In this document: positions 10,144 through 19,171 of the stretch, in pieces
Layout: each line of letters starts with the position of its first letter
Numbering within the stretch: the first letter of the stretch is position 1
Origin: Ginsengibacter sp.
Lineage (GTDB): Bacteria > Bacteroidota > Bacteroidia > Chitinophagales > Chitinophagaceae
Assembly: GCA_034676505.1 (NCBI GenBank)
Contig: JAUCCB010000001.1
Location: 2,553,245 to 2,617,244, forward strand
Direction: 5' to 3'
Length of the DNA: 64,000 nucleotides
The notes under the pieces: model-generated
Database searches by the model: none
What the model saw: only the letters and a program-made list of their open reading frames with translations
Told to the model about the DNA's origin: nothing
Translations under genes and position numbers: made by a program

Positions 10144-11031
10144 ATGAATTTCCCTAAGCCTGAAAAATCGGATGAAATAAATTCTATAAAATTTGTAGAA
10201 TGTCCAAGAGATGCGATGCAAGGCTGGAAAAATTTTATACCTACTCATCAAAAAGTTGCCTACATGCAACAACTTTTGGAAATTGGTTTTCATACTTTAG
10301 ATTTTGGCAGTTTTGTTTCTTCCAAATTAATTCCGCAAATGGCAGATACCAAAGAGGTTTTAAATGAACTTTATTTGGAAAATACGCGCACAAAATTGTT
10401 AGCAATCGTCGCAAATGTACGCGGAGCAGAAGAAGCAGCGCTTCATGAAAAAATTTCTTTTTTAGGATTTCCATTTTCAATATCACCAACTTTTCAAATG
10501 CGCAATACGCATAGCACTATTCAAGAATCGTTAGATCATGTAAAGCAAATTCATCAAATTTGTAAGGATAGCGGGAAAGAATTAGTTGTTTATATTTCAA
10601 TGGCTTTTGGTAATCCTTACGGAGATGAGTATAATGAAAATATTGTCTTGGATTGGATAAAAAAAATTACTGAAGATGGAATTCAAATTATTTCTTTAGC
10701 AGATACAGTTGGTATTGCCATGCCCAATCAGGTGGCTTCTGTTGTACAAAAAGTAAAACATTCATTTCCTGAAATTGAAACGGGAGTGCATTTACATTCT
10801 ACTTTTACAAATTGGCAAGAAAAAACGGATGCTGCCTTGAAAAATGGATGCTTGCGTTTTGATGGATCTATAAAAGGAATTGGAGGTTGCCCGATGGCGA
10901 ATGATGAATTGGTAGGCAATATGGATTCTGAATTACTTGTTCCTTATTTTTCTCAATTAGGATTACTGCCCAATATTAATCTGGAAGCTATGCGGAAAGC
11001 GAGTTCTATGGCTTCTGCAATTTTTATTTAA
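10144..11031 (+). CDS. hydroxymethylglutaryl-CoA lyase
   Basis: 295 aa with a DRE-TIM aldolase/HMGL-like signature: ECPRDAMQG, ISLADTVG, GVHLHST and GGCP. Confidence 0.85.
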   Translation: MNFPKPEKSDEINSIKFVECPRDAMQGWKNFIPTHQKVAYMQQLLEIGFHTLDFGSFVSSKLIPQMADTKEVLNELYLENTRTKLLAIVANVRGAEEAALHEKISFLGFPFSISPTFQMRNTHSTIQESLDHVKQIHQICKDSGKELVVYISMAFGNPYGDEYNENIVLDWIKKITEDGIQIISLADTVGIAMPNQVASVVQKVKHSFPEIETGVHLHSTFTNWQEKTDAALKNGCLRFDGSIKGIGGCPMANDELVGNMDSELLVPYFSQLGLLPNINLEAMRKASSMASAIFI

Positions 11032-12008
11032 TGGATTTTTTTCTTCCCTTTCAAGTACCTCCTTCGCCATTTAAAATTTCTTACCAACATAAAATCATGT
11101 TGATGGGTTCTTGTTTTTCTGAAGAAATAGGAGGCAGGCTATCCGATTTAAAATTTTCTGTTTTACAAAATCCAAATGGCATTCTTTATGATCCGATAAG
11201 CATTGCACGATCATTAACGGATTACACGCACAACAAAAAAATTGAAGCTCAACAATTGTTCAAATTCAATTCTGTTTGGAATAGTTGGGCGCATCATTCG
11301 CGATTTTCCGGAGTTCATCAAGAAGAAGTTTTGCAAAAAATAAATCATTTTCAAAACGAGGCACATCATTTTTTAAAGGATACAAAAATTTTGATAATTA
11401 CATTAGGCACCGCTTTTTGTTATCAATTAAAAAACGAATCAAAATATGTAGCGAATTGCCATAAAATGCCTTCAGTAAATTTTAATAAAGAATTATTATC
11501 GGTTGAAAAAATCATACAATCTTTTTCAGAATGCTTACAACAATTACAAATTTTCAATCCTAAATTAAAAATCATTTTTACAGTGAGTCCTGTAAAGCAC
11601 GTAAAAGATGGACTTGTTGAAAACAATAGAAGTAAAGCCCGACTAATTGATACTGTTCATTGCCTTGCAGAAGTAAATGATCATTGTATTTATTTCCCTT
11701 CTTATGAGTTGGTAAATGATGTGTTAAGAGATTATCGTTTTTATGAAAAAGATTTAGTGCATCCCAATAAAATTGCAAGTGATTTTGTTTTTGAAAAATT
11801 TTGTGATTCTTTTTTTGAAAAAGAAACCCAAGAAATAATTATAGAAATTAAAAATATTTTAAAGGCAGTACAACATCGGCCATTTTTCAGCGATAGCAAA
11901 GCTCATCAACACTTTATCAGTAGCCAATTGCAACACATTCATAATGTAGAAAAAAGATTTCCCTTGCTCGATTTAACTAAAGAAAAAGAACATTTTTCCT
12001 CTTTGTAG
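11031..12008 (+). CDS. GSCFA family protein
   Basis: 325 aa carrying the eponymous motif near the N-terminus (MLMGSCFSEEIG). Its ATG overlaps the stop of the upstream lyase gene (TAATG). Confidence 0.7.
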   Translation: MDFFLPFQVPPSPFKISYQHKIMLMGSCFSEEIGGRLSDLKFSVLQNPNGILYDPISIARSLTDYTHNKKIEAQQLFKFNSVWNSWAHHSRFSGVHQEEVLQKINHFQNEAHHFLKDTKILIITLGTAFCYQLKNESKYVANCHKMPSVNFNKELLSVEKIIQSFSECLQQLQIFNPKLKIIFTVSPVKHVKDGLVENNRSKARLIDTVHCLAEVNDHCIYFPSYELVNDVLRDYRFYEKDLVHPNKIASDFVFEKFCDSFFEKETQEIIIEIKNILKAVQHRPFFSDSKAHQHFISSQLQHIHNVEKRFPLLDLTKEKEHFSSL

Positions 12009-12089
12009 TCTTATTAATACCGAAATATAAATGACCAAAAATTCTTTGGTATAATGTTTGGTTAGTGTAAGAAAACAAAACAGATTAAG

Positions 12090-12758
12090 ATGAAAAGTAT
12101 GAAAAAATCAATCCTCGCAATAGCGACCATCGCCATGATTGCCATGGGATGTAATGCAACCAAAAGTCAGAAAGGTGCAGTAATTGGTGGTACAGTCGGT
12201 GCAGTCGGTGGTGCTATCATCGGTAATGCAGCTGGTAATAAAACTTTAGGAACCATTATTGGTGCAGTAGTTGGCGGAACAGCAGGTGCCATTATCGGAA
12301 AAGATATGGATAAGCAAGCTGAAGATATTAAAACGAGTGTTCCAGGTGCAGTAGTAGAAAGAGTGGGTGAAGGAATTAAAGTAGAGTTCAATGAAAAAAT
12401 TCTTTTTGAATTTTCAAAATCAGATTTAAGTGAGGCTGCTAAAACCAATTTAAGAAATTTGGTAACAGTTTTAAATAAATATCCTAACACCAACGTAGAA
12501 GTACAAGGACATACAGATAGTAGAGGTACCGATGAATACAATATGGGCTTGAGTGAAAGACGTGCCACAGCGGTTGCGGATTATTTAAAACTTCAAGGTG
12601 TTGCTTCATCAAGAATTACAACAAAAGGTTTTGGAGAATCAGCTCCGGCTTATTCTAACGAAACTGTTGAAGGACAAGCGCAAAATCGTAGAGTGGAGTT
12701 TTTAATTACGGCTAATGAACAAATGAAAAAAGATGCGATAGAGCAATCTAAACAATAA
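12090..12758 (+). CDS. OmpA-family lipoprotein with glycine-zipper region
   Basis: 222 aa with lipobox IAMGC and glycine-zipper repeats (GGTVGAVGGAIIGNAAG). The C-terminal OmpA peptidoglycan-binding domain reads VQGHTDSRGTDEYNMGLSERRATAV...NRRVEF. Confidence 0.9.
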   Translation: MKSMKKSILAIATIAMIAMGCNATKSQKGAVIGGTVGAVGGAIIGNAAGNKTLGTIIGAVVGGTAGAIIGKDMDKQAEDIKTSVPGAVVERVGEGIKVEFNEKILFEFSKSDLSEAAKTNLRNLVTVLNKYPNTNVEVQGHTDSRGTDEYNMGLSERRATAVADYLKLQGVASSRITTKGFGESAPAYSNETVEGQAQNRRVEFLITANEQMKKDAIEQSKQ

Positions 12759-12778
12759 TATAAACCGACAAAATACAG

Positions 12779-12808
12779 ACAGGTTCTCAATTTGAGAACC
12801 TGTTTTTA
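12779..12808. terminator. bidirectional rho-independent terminator between convergent genes
   Basis: A perfect palindrome, ACAGGTTCTCAA/TTGAGAACCTGT (12779-12803), is followed by TTTTT. Confidence 0.75.
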
Positions 12809-12809
12809 T

Positions 12810-14148
12810 TTAGGCCAATTTATTTAAATCTTTTATTTCTTCAGTGAATTGAATTCCATTTAGTGCTAATTCTTCTAACACAGGATTGTAAATTTCAGGA
12901 ATTACAGGAATATGCATTCCCGTAAGTTTTATTTTATCAAGCAAAATTAATTTCGCTGCAATGCCTAAAGGTAAACCAACAGTTTTCGCCATGGCCGTAT
13001 ATAATTGATCTTCCCCTTTTACAATCAAACAACTTCTAACTGCTTTTTTATGATTGTCAACTTCATATTCTATTTCATGCAACATGACAATCATGTCTTT
13101 ATCTTCAGGAAGCATCCGTAATTTTTTTTTCTAATAAATATTGAAGTAATTGCGCAGAATTATTTATTGGAATTGGAATTGACAGATGATCATTCAATCC
13201 TAAATAATTCACTTGTATTAAAAACTCTTCTTTAAAAAAAATAGATTCATTTATTGCAGTATTTTTTGAGAGAAAGAGATTCTTTTTTAATTCATACCAT
13301 TCACTCCATGTTGTACAATCTTTGATTGTTTCATAATCATCTTTGTTAGTAAAATCTAAAGCAATTATTTTATTCCAACCTCTACAAAATGAAGGATAGC
13401 GTAAAGTGGTTCTAATAAAAGTTTCAATTCCATTTAATTGATAAGTATTGATATAAGAAATAGAATCACGGTTAGGATACCATGCTAATGTAGCGAGGGA
13501 AGGGATATCCACTGCATTTCCTTCATCCTTAAAAATATCTTTATAAACCACATTCACGATTTCATTTTCTTCCAAATAAACAGCGCCTGAACTACCTGCT
13601 GATACTACATTTGCGGGATTCCATGTAATTTTATAATGCCAAGGATTATCATCACTTTCAGGAGCTACTAAACCTCCACAATGGGATTTAAAAGAAATTA
13701 TTTTTCCACCTTCTTTTTGAATCGTATGAATCATTTTCATCGCGCTCATGTGATCTATTCCCGGGTCTAAACCCATTTCACCCAAAAATAAAATTCCTTT
13801 CTTTTCCACTTCTTCTTGTAATGAAATTATTTCTCCATCTAAATAAGAAGCGGTTAATAAATGTTTACTAAATTTTACACAATCCTTCGCTACTAAAAAA
13901 TGAAGGGTAGGAGGAAGCATTGAAATCACGATGTCGCAATGTTGAATTAATTCGCCACGTTGATTTTCATTATTAACATTAATAGACAAAGCTTTTACGG
14001 CGGGAAATTGTTGAGTTTTAGAAAGAGCTAATTCTAAATTAGCATCACAAACTGTCATTGACCATTGGAACTCCGCACAACATTTACCTAAATATTCTAT
14101 TAAAGAAGTAGCTGATTTTCCTGCACCAAAAAGCAAAATATTTTTCAT
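12810..14148 (-). pseudogene. saccharopine dehydrogenase family protein, interrupted by a frameshift at an A9 run
   Basis: Two adjacent ORFs (13105..14181 and 12810..13115) together look like one protein of about 450 aa. It would have a Rossmann N-terminus (MKNILLFGAGKSAT) and a C-terminal segment (PEDKDMIVMLHEIEYE...). The frames overlap just downstream of a homopolymer of 9 A on the coding strand (13122-13130). Confidence 0.75.
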
Positions 14149-14324
14149 TTTCTCCATTTTTTGAAAGGTAATTAAAGCCATTCAAATATTTATTTGTTTT
14201 TCAAAAGAAACAAATGTAATGCTTAGAATTTCAGCGCTAAAAGCATCCGAATTTTGTTGAATAAATTGGGGAAAAATATCTTAGAATATTTGGCATTTTA
14301 TGAGGAAAAACAGGCTTTAAAAAG

Positions 14325-14332
14325 TATATTTG
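14325..14332 (+). promoter_or_regulatory. Bacteroidota-type -7 promoter box for gyrA
   Basis: TATATTTG matches TAnnTTTG and lies 17 nt upstream of the gyrA ATG. Confidence 0.45.
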
Positions 14333-14348
14333 CAAATAGTAAAAAATT

Positions 14349-16997
14349 ATGGAAAATATAGAAGAAAATTTACCGGAAAATGATTCACCAAGAGGTAGAA
14401 TTATTCCTGTAAATATTGAAGAACAAATGAAATCCGCTTACATTGATTATTCAATGAGCGTAATTGTTGGACGTGCTTTGCCGGATGCGCGCGACGGATT
14501 AAAACCCGTTCATCGTCGCATATTGTACGGTATGCATGAAATGGGAAATACTTTCAATAAACCCCATAAAAAATCAGCTCGTATTGTCGGTGATGTGATG
14601 GGTAAATATCATCCGCATGGTGATTCGTCAATTTATGGCACTATCGTAAGGATGGCGCAGGATTGGAGTATGCGATATACGTTGATAGACGGCCAAGGTA
14701 ATTTTGGTAGCCAAGATGGAGATGAGCCGGCTGCTATGCGTTACACTGAAATCCGTTTGCAAAAAATGGCGGAAGCCATGTTGATGGATATCGATAAAGA
14801 CACCATTGATTTTTCTTTGAATTATGATGATACTCTAAAAGAGCCCACTGTTTTACCCACTCGTTTACCACAATTATTATTGAATGGTTCAAGCGGTATT
14901 GCGGTTGGTATGGCTACAAATATGCTTCCTCATAATTTATCTGAAGTAGCCGATGCTTGTATTGCCTACATTGATGATAATGATATTACGATTGATGATT
15001 TAATTAAAATAGTGAAAGCCCCGGATTTCCCTACAGGCGGCATTATCCACGGTTATGAAGGAGTAAAACAAGGCATGTTTACCGGCCGTGGAAGGGTGGT
15101 GCTTCGTGGTAGAGTAACAGTTGAAACTACTAAGACAGGAAGAGAAAAAATTATCATTACGGAAGTTCCTTATCAGGTGAATAGAGATGCTTTGACTGAA
15201 AAAATTGGGCATTTGGTTTCCGATAAAATTATAGAAGGAGTTTCCGATGTAAATAATGAAAGTAATAATAAAGAAGGTACTCGTATTGTATTAGAACTTA
15301 AAAAAGATGTAATTGCTCAGGTGATTATTAATCACTTATACAAACACACAGAGTTACAAACTTCCTTCGGAATTAATAATGTGGCATTGGTGAAAGGTCG
15401 TCCGCAAATTTTAAATGTCAAAGATTTAATTAAAGTATTTGTAGAATTCAGACATGAAATTATTGTAAGACGTACACAATTTGAATTAAAGAAAGCAGAA
15501 GAAAGAGCACATATCTTAGAAGGATTTTTAATTGCGTTAGATCATTTAGATGAAGTAATCCAATTAATTAGAAATTCATCTACACCGGATCTGGCAAAAG
15601 AAGGATTGATGGCTAATTTCCAAATGAGCGAAATACAAGCCAAGGGAGTTTTAGAAATGAGATTGCAGCGCCTTACCGGAATGGAAAGAGATAAGATCAG
15701 AGAAGAGCATGCAGAAATAATGAAAACCATTGCACACTTAAAAGATATACTGGGCAATGAATCTATGCGATTCGATATTATTAAAGAAGAAATTTTAGAG
15801 ATCAAAGAAAAATTTGGTGACGAACGCAAAACAGAAATTGTGTATCTCGCCAATGAGATAAGCATGGAAGATTTGATTGAGGAAGAAGATGTTGTGGTAA
15901 CTATTTCTCATTTAGGATATATCAAAAGAACTTCAGCCACAGAATATCGCCAACAACGCAGAGGTGGAAGAGGAGCAAGAGGAAGTAAAACCAGAGAAGA
16001 AGATTATATCGAACAATTATTTATCGCATCTACACATCATACTTTATTGTTCTTTACAGAAAAAGGAAAATGTTTTTGGTTGAAAGTATATGAAATTACA
16101 GAAGGCGATAAACAGAGCAAAGGTAGAGCCATTCAGAATTTGATTCAAATTCCGGCGGATGATAAGGTAAGAACTATTATCACCATTAAAAATTTACAAG
16201 ACGAGGAATATATCAATGATCATTACATAGTACTTTGTACACGTAAAGGTATTATTAAGAAAACTCGAGTTGCCGATTTCTCAAGACCAAGACAAAATGG
16301 AATCAATGCAATCACGATTAATGAAGGCGATCAATTATTAGATGCATGCCTTACAGACGGGTCTCAACATATTATGATGGCTATCAAAAGCGGCCGTGCT
16401 ATTAGATTTCCGGAAGAAAATGTACGACCAACCGGCCGTGGGGCCATTGGAGTTTTCGGAATTAAATTTAATAATGAAGTTGACGAAGTAGTAGGAATGA
16501 TTTGTGTAAATACCAACGATCCTGAGGTAAGTGTATTGGTTGTAAGTGCTAAAGGATACGGGAAACGCACAGCTGCAGAGGAATACAGGATTACTAATCG
16601 TGGGGGAAAAGGAGTGAAAACCATTAATATTACTGAAAAAACAGGATCTTTAGTAGGATTATTAAATGTTAATGAAACGCAAGATTTAATGATTACTTGT
16701 AAATCAGGTGTCACTATTCGATCATCAATTGCATCTATAAGAGAAGCCGGTCGAGCTACCCAAGGAGTTAAGTTGATTCGATTAGATGATGGAGATGAAA
16801 TCGCAGCGATCACTTCCATTAATGAAAGAGAAGTAGATGAAGACGAGAATTTGGACGAAATTATAGATGGAGAAGTTGGTGATAATGAAATAGGAATAAT
16901 AACTTCGCAAAATGCAAATGCTTCTGAAGAAGAGGAAAATGAAAATGAAGAAGAGGAGAATTTAGATGAAGACAATGAAGAAGAAACAGAATCTTAA
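14349..16997 (+). CDS. gyrA: DNA gyrase subunit A
   Basis: 882 aa with YIDYSMSVIVGRALPDARDGLKPVHRR, the active-site region AAMRYTEIRL, a beta-pinwheel C-terminal domain, and an acidic D/E-rich tail. Confidence 0.98.
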   Translation: MENIEENLPENDSPRGRIIPVNIEEQMKSAYIDYSMSVIVGRALPDARDGLKPVHRRILYGMHEMGNTFNKPHKKSARIVGDVMGKYHPHGDSSIYGTIVRMAQDWSMRYTLIDGQGNFGSQDGDEPAAMRYTEIRLQKMAEAMLMDIDKDTIDFSLNYDDTLKEPTVLPTRLPQLLLNGSSGIAVGMATNMLPHNLSEVADACIAYIDDNDITIDDLIKIVKAPDFPTGGIIHGYEGVKQGMFTGRGRVVLRGRVTVETTKTGREKIIITEVPYQVNRDALTEKIGHLVSDKIIEGVSDVNNESNNKEGTRIVLELKKDVIAQVIINHLYKHTELQTSFGINNVALVKGRPQILNVKDLIKVFVEFRHEIIVRRTQFELKKAEERAHILEGFLIALDHLDEVIQLIRNSSTPDLAKEGLMANFQMSEIQAKGVLEMRLQRLTGMERDKIREEHAEIMKTIAHLKDILGNESMRFDIIKEEILEIKEKFGDERKTEIVYLANEISMEDLIEEEDVVVTISHLGYIKRTSATEYRQQRRGGRGARGSKTREEDYIEQLFIASTHHTLLFFTEKGKCFWLKVYEITEGDKQSKGRAIQNLIQIPADDKVRTIITIKNLQDEEYINDHYIVLCTRKGIIKKTRVADFSRPRQNGINAITINEGDQLLDACLTDGSQHIMMAIKSGRAIRFPEENVRPTGRGAIGVFGIKFNNEVDEVVGMICVNTNDPEVSVLVVSAKGYGKRTAAEEYRITNRGGKGVKTINITEKTGSLVGLLNVNETQDLMITCKSGVTIRSSIASIREAGRATQGVKLIRLDDGDEIAAITSINEREVDEDENLDEIIDGEVGDNEIGIITSQNANASEEEENENEEEENLDEDNEEETES

Positions 16998-17027
16998 ATA
17001 AAATACAATCATAAAAAAATAAAAAGT

Positions 17028-18338
17028 ATGAAAAGAGTAGTTTTATCGCTTCTATTTATAAGCATGGTTTCCCTTTCTTTTGGGCAATCTGTAAAAAAAG
17101 CCACTTCGTATCTTGAAGCAAAAGAGCTTGATAAAGCAAAAACAGAAATTGATGGCGTTCTCGCCAAGAATCCAAATGATATGGATGCCGTTTATTTAAA
17201 AAGCAAGATTTACAGCCAAATTGCGGCAAGCGATCAATTCAAAAATTTAATTACAGGAGATGCTTATGCAGAAGCTTTAGATGCTTTTAAAAGAGCCGTA
17301 GACGATTCAAATAATGTGAAATTGAAATTGAAAATAATTCAAGATAATTATCAAACCGTTTTTGATATCTATAGCGGTTATTATGATTTAGCTGCCAAAG
17401 CATTCAATGAAGGAGCTTCCACCGGCGATAAATCTAAGTTCACCGATGCCATGAATTATTTTATCAAAACAGATAATGTAGGACGCTATCTATATGAAAA
17501 CAAATGGGCCTTATTAGGCGAAATAGATACTACACTTGTTTTGAATATCGGTAAAGCTGCTATCAATGCCGATAATAACGATGTAGCCGTAAAGTACTTT
17601 ACCAAATTAGCAGATGCAAAAATCACAGGTACGGCTAATGGAGCAGATAATAATGGTTTTAAAATTCCATATCAATGGTTGGCCATTCATTATAGAGATA
17701 TAAAGGACTATGATAATATGTTGAAATATGCGAATTTAGGAAGAACACTTTTCCCAAATGACGATTATCTCGACTTTGTACTTATTGAACACTACCGTAA
17801 AAACAAAAATGAAGGTGCAATGTTCGACATTTATAAAAATCTTTTAGCTAAAAATCCGGATAGTATCACTTATCATTTTGAATATGCCAACGATATTTTT
17901 GGATATTTATACAATAGTGATGAAGGAACTGAGATAAAAAATAAAGAAGAGCTTACTAAATTATTAGGAGACCAATTGAAAATGGCTTTATCGCTTAATC
18001 CTGACGATATAAAATCAAATTGGCTTACATCTCAATACCATTATAATTTAGGTATTGAAACCAGAGATGAAGCCAATAAAGTAAGAGGAACGGCTCCGGC
18101 TGATGTAAAGAAAAAAGCTGATTTAAATGCAAAAGCTGTGGCTGAATTCAAAGAGGCGATACCTTATGCCAATAAATCTATTACGCAATTAGAAGCTACC
18201 CATAAAAAATCACAAAAATCTGATTATAAATCTATTGTGAACCTTATGCAAAATATTTATCAAAGCTTAGGTGACAAACCTAATTTGAAAATCTACCAAG
18301 ATAAATATGACAATGCAGAAAAAGTATTTGTAGATTAA
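17028..18338 (+). CDS. secreted TPR-like helical-repeat protein
   Basis: 436 aa with a signal peptide (LLFISMVSLSFGQ) and helical repeat character. It lies 30 nt downstream of gyrA, so co-transcription is likely. Confidence 0.5.
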   Translation: MKRVVLSLLFISMVSLSFGQSVKKATSYLEAKELDKAKTEIDGVLAKNPNDMDAVYLKSKIYSQIAASDQFKNLITGDAYAEALDAFKRAVDDSNNVKLKLKIIQDNYQTVFDIYSGYYDLAAKAFNEGASTGDKSKFTDAMNYFIKTDNVGRYLYENKWALLGEIDTTLVLNIGKAAINADNNDVAVKYFTKLADAKITGTANGADNNGFKIPYQWLAIHYRDIKDYDNMLKYANLGRTLFPNDDYLDFVLIEHYRKNKNEGAMFDIYKNLLAKNPDSITYHFEYANDIFGYLYNSDEGTEIKNKEELTKLLGDQLKMALSLNPDDIKSNWLTSQYHYNLGIETRDEANKVRGTAPADVKKKADLNAKAVAEFKEAIPYANKSITQLEATHKKSQKSDYKSIVNLMQNIYQSLGDKPNLKIYQDKYDNAEKVFVD

Positions 18339-18360
18339 TCTTTCAATTTATTATTTCAAA

Positions 18361-18390
18361 CCTGAAGTCGAAAGCTTCAGGTTTTTTTTT
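18361..18390 (+). terminator. rho-independent terminator
   Basis: CCTGAAG - TCGAAAG - CTTCAGG followed by T9. Confidence 0.85.
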
Positions 18391-18744
18391 CAAATCAATT
18401 GCGGAGTAGAGAGCGACAATGAGTTATTTGATACTTAACATAATATAAATTATAAGAAACAAATTACAGCGTAATTCAATTGTGGCATAAAATTCCCAAA
18501 TACTCCACAAAACAATACTTATTGGTATCCCTTCTTGACAAAAAATATTTAAACCGTGAATAATTAAAATAATATAAGTTAGGGTTAACATTGAGATATT
18601 ACCGTTTAACTAAAAAAAATTGCCGTTAATGTTAGAATGTTCATTGTGGTCCAGTTCTTGATGTTTGCTTTTAGAATTATTGAAGAGATTTAGAATTGAA
18701 GAAGTAATAATGTGATGAAATATTTTATTAATGGAAATTTTAAC

Positions 18745-19101
18745 ATGAAGAAGGTTCTAGTAGCTGACGATAATCCGGATATACTTTGGGTAGTTGAATT
18801 TTTGCTTAAAAAGAACGGATTTGAAGTGATTACAACTTTAGATGGAAATGATGTCATACCTACTGTAAGAGAAAAAAATCCTGACCTGGTACTTTTGGAT
18901 GTATTTCTATCGGGTGTAGATGGTAGAGACTTATGCAATTCCATCAAAACCTCAGAAAAAACAAAAAATATTCCGGTCATCATGTTCTCAGCTCACACGA
19001 ATTTATCGGATGTAATGGACGTATGTAAAGCAGATGATTTTGTCGCTAAACCATTCGATTCTCATTTTTTAATTGATAAGATTAACCAACACATAGCTTG
19101 A
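18745..19101 (+). CDS. stand-alone response regulator receiver (CheY-like)
   Basis: The likely start is MKKVLVADDNPD. The acidic pocket (DD), the phospho-acceptor (LVLLDVFL), and the conserved S/T and K (AKPF) are present. There is no output domain and no adjacent kinase. Confidence 0.88.
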   Translation: MKKVLVADDNPDILWVVEFLLKKNGFEVITTLDGNDVIPTVREKNPDLVLLDVFLSGVDGRDLCNSIKTSEKTKNIPVIMFSAHTNLSDVMDVCKADDFVAKPFDSHFLIDKINQHIA

Positions 19102-19116
19102 TTTCCCTATCAAGTA

Positions 19117-19154
19117 AAAAAAAGCGCGAAATAATTTATTTCGCGCTTTTTTAT
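19117..19154. terminator. bidirectional rho-independent terminator
   Basis: GCGCGAAAT (19125-19133) pairs with ATTTCGCGC (19139-19147). It is flanked by an A-run and a T-run and sits between convergent genes. Confidence 0.85.
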
Positions 19155-19171
19155 TTTTTATAAAATTTTCT

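Noticed and set aside
12167-12568. 133-aa antisense ORF inside the OmpA-family gene.
   Set aside because: It is an artefact of the Gly/Ala-rich glycine-zipper coding region, which reads open on the opposite strand. The sense-strand product has clear OmpA motifs.
16364-16975. 203-aa antisense ORF inside the 3' end of gyrA.
   Set aside because: It is a Ser-rich low-complexity mirror image of the GAA/GAT-rich acidic tail and C-terminal domain of GyrA. It lies entirely inside a confidently called gene.
16800-16997. Acidic D/E-rich C-terminal tail of GyrA as something unusual.
   Set aside because: Acidic tails on GyrA are known in other bacteria (for example E. coli). The length here is not remarkable enough to flag.
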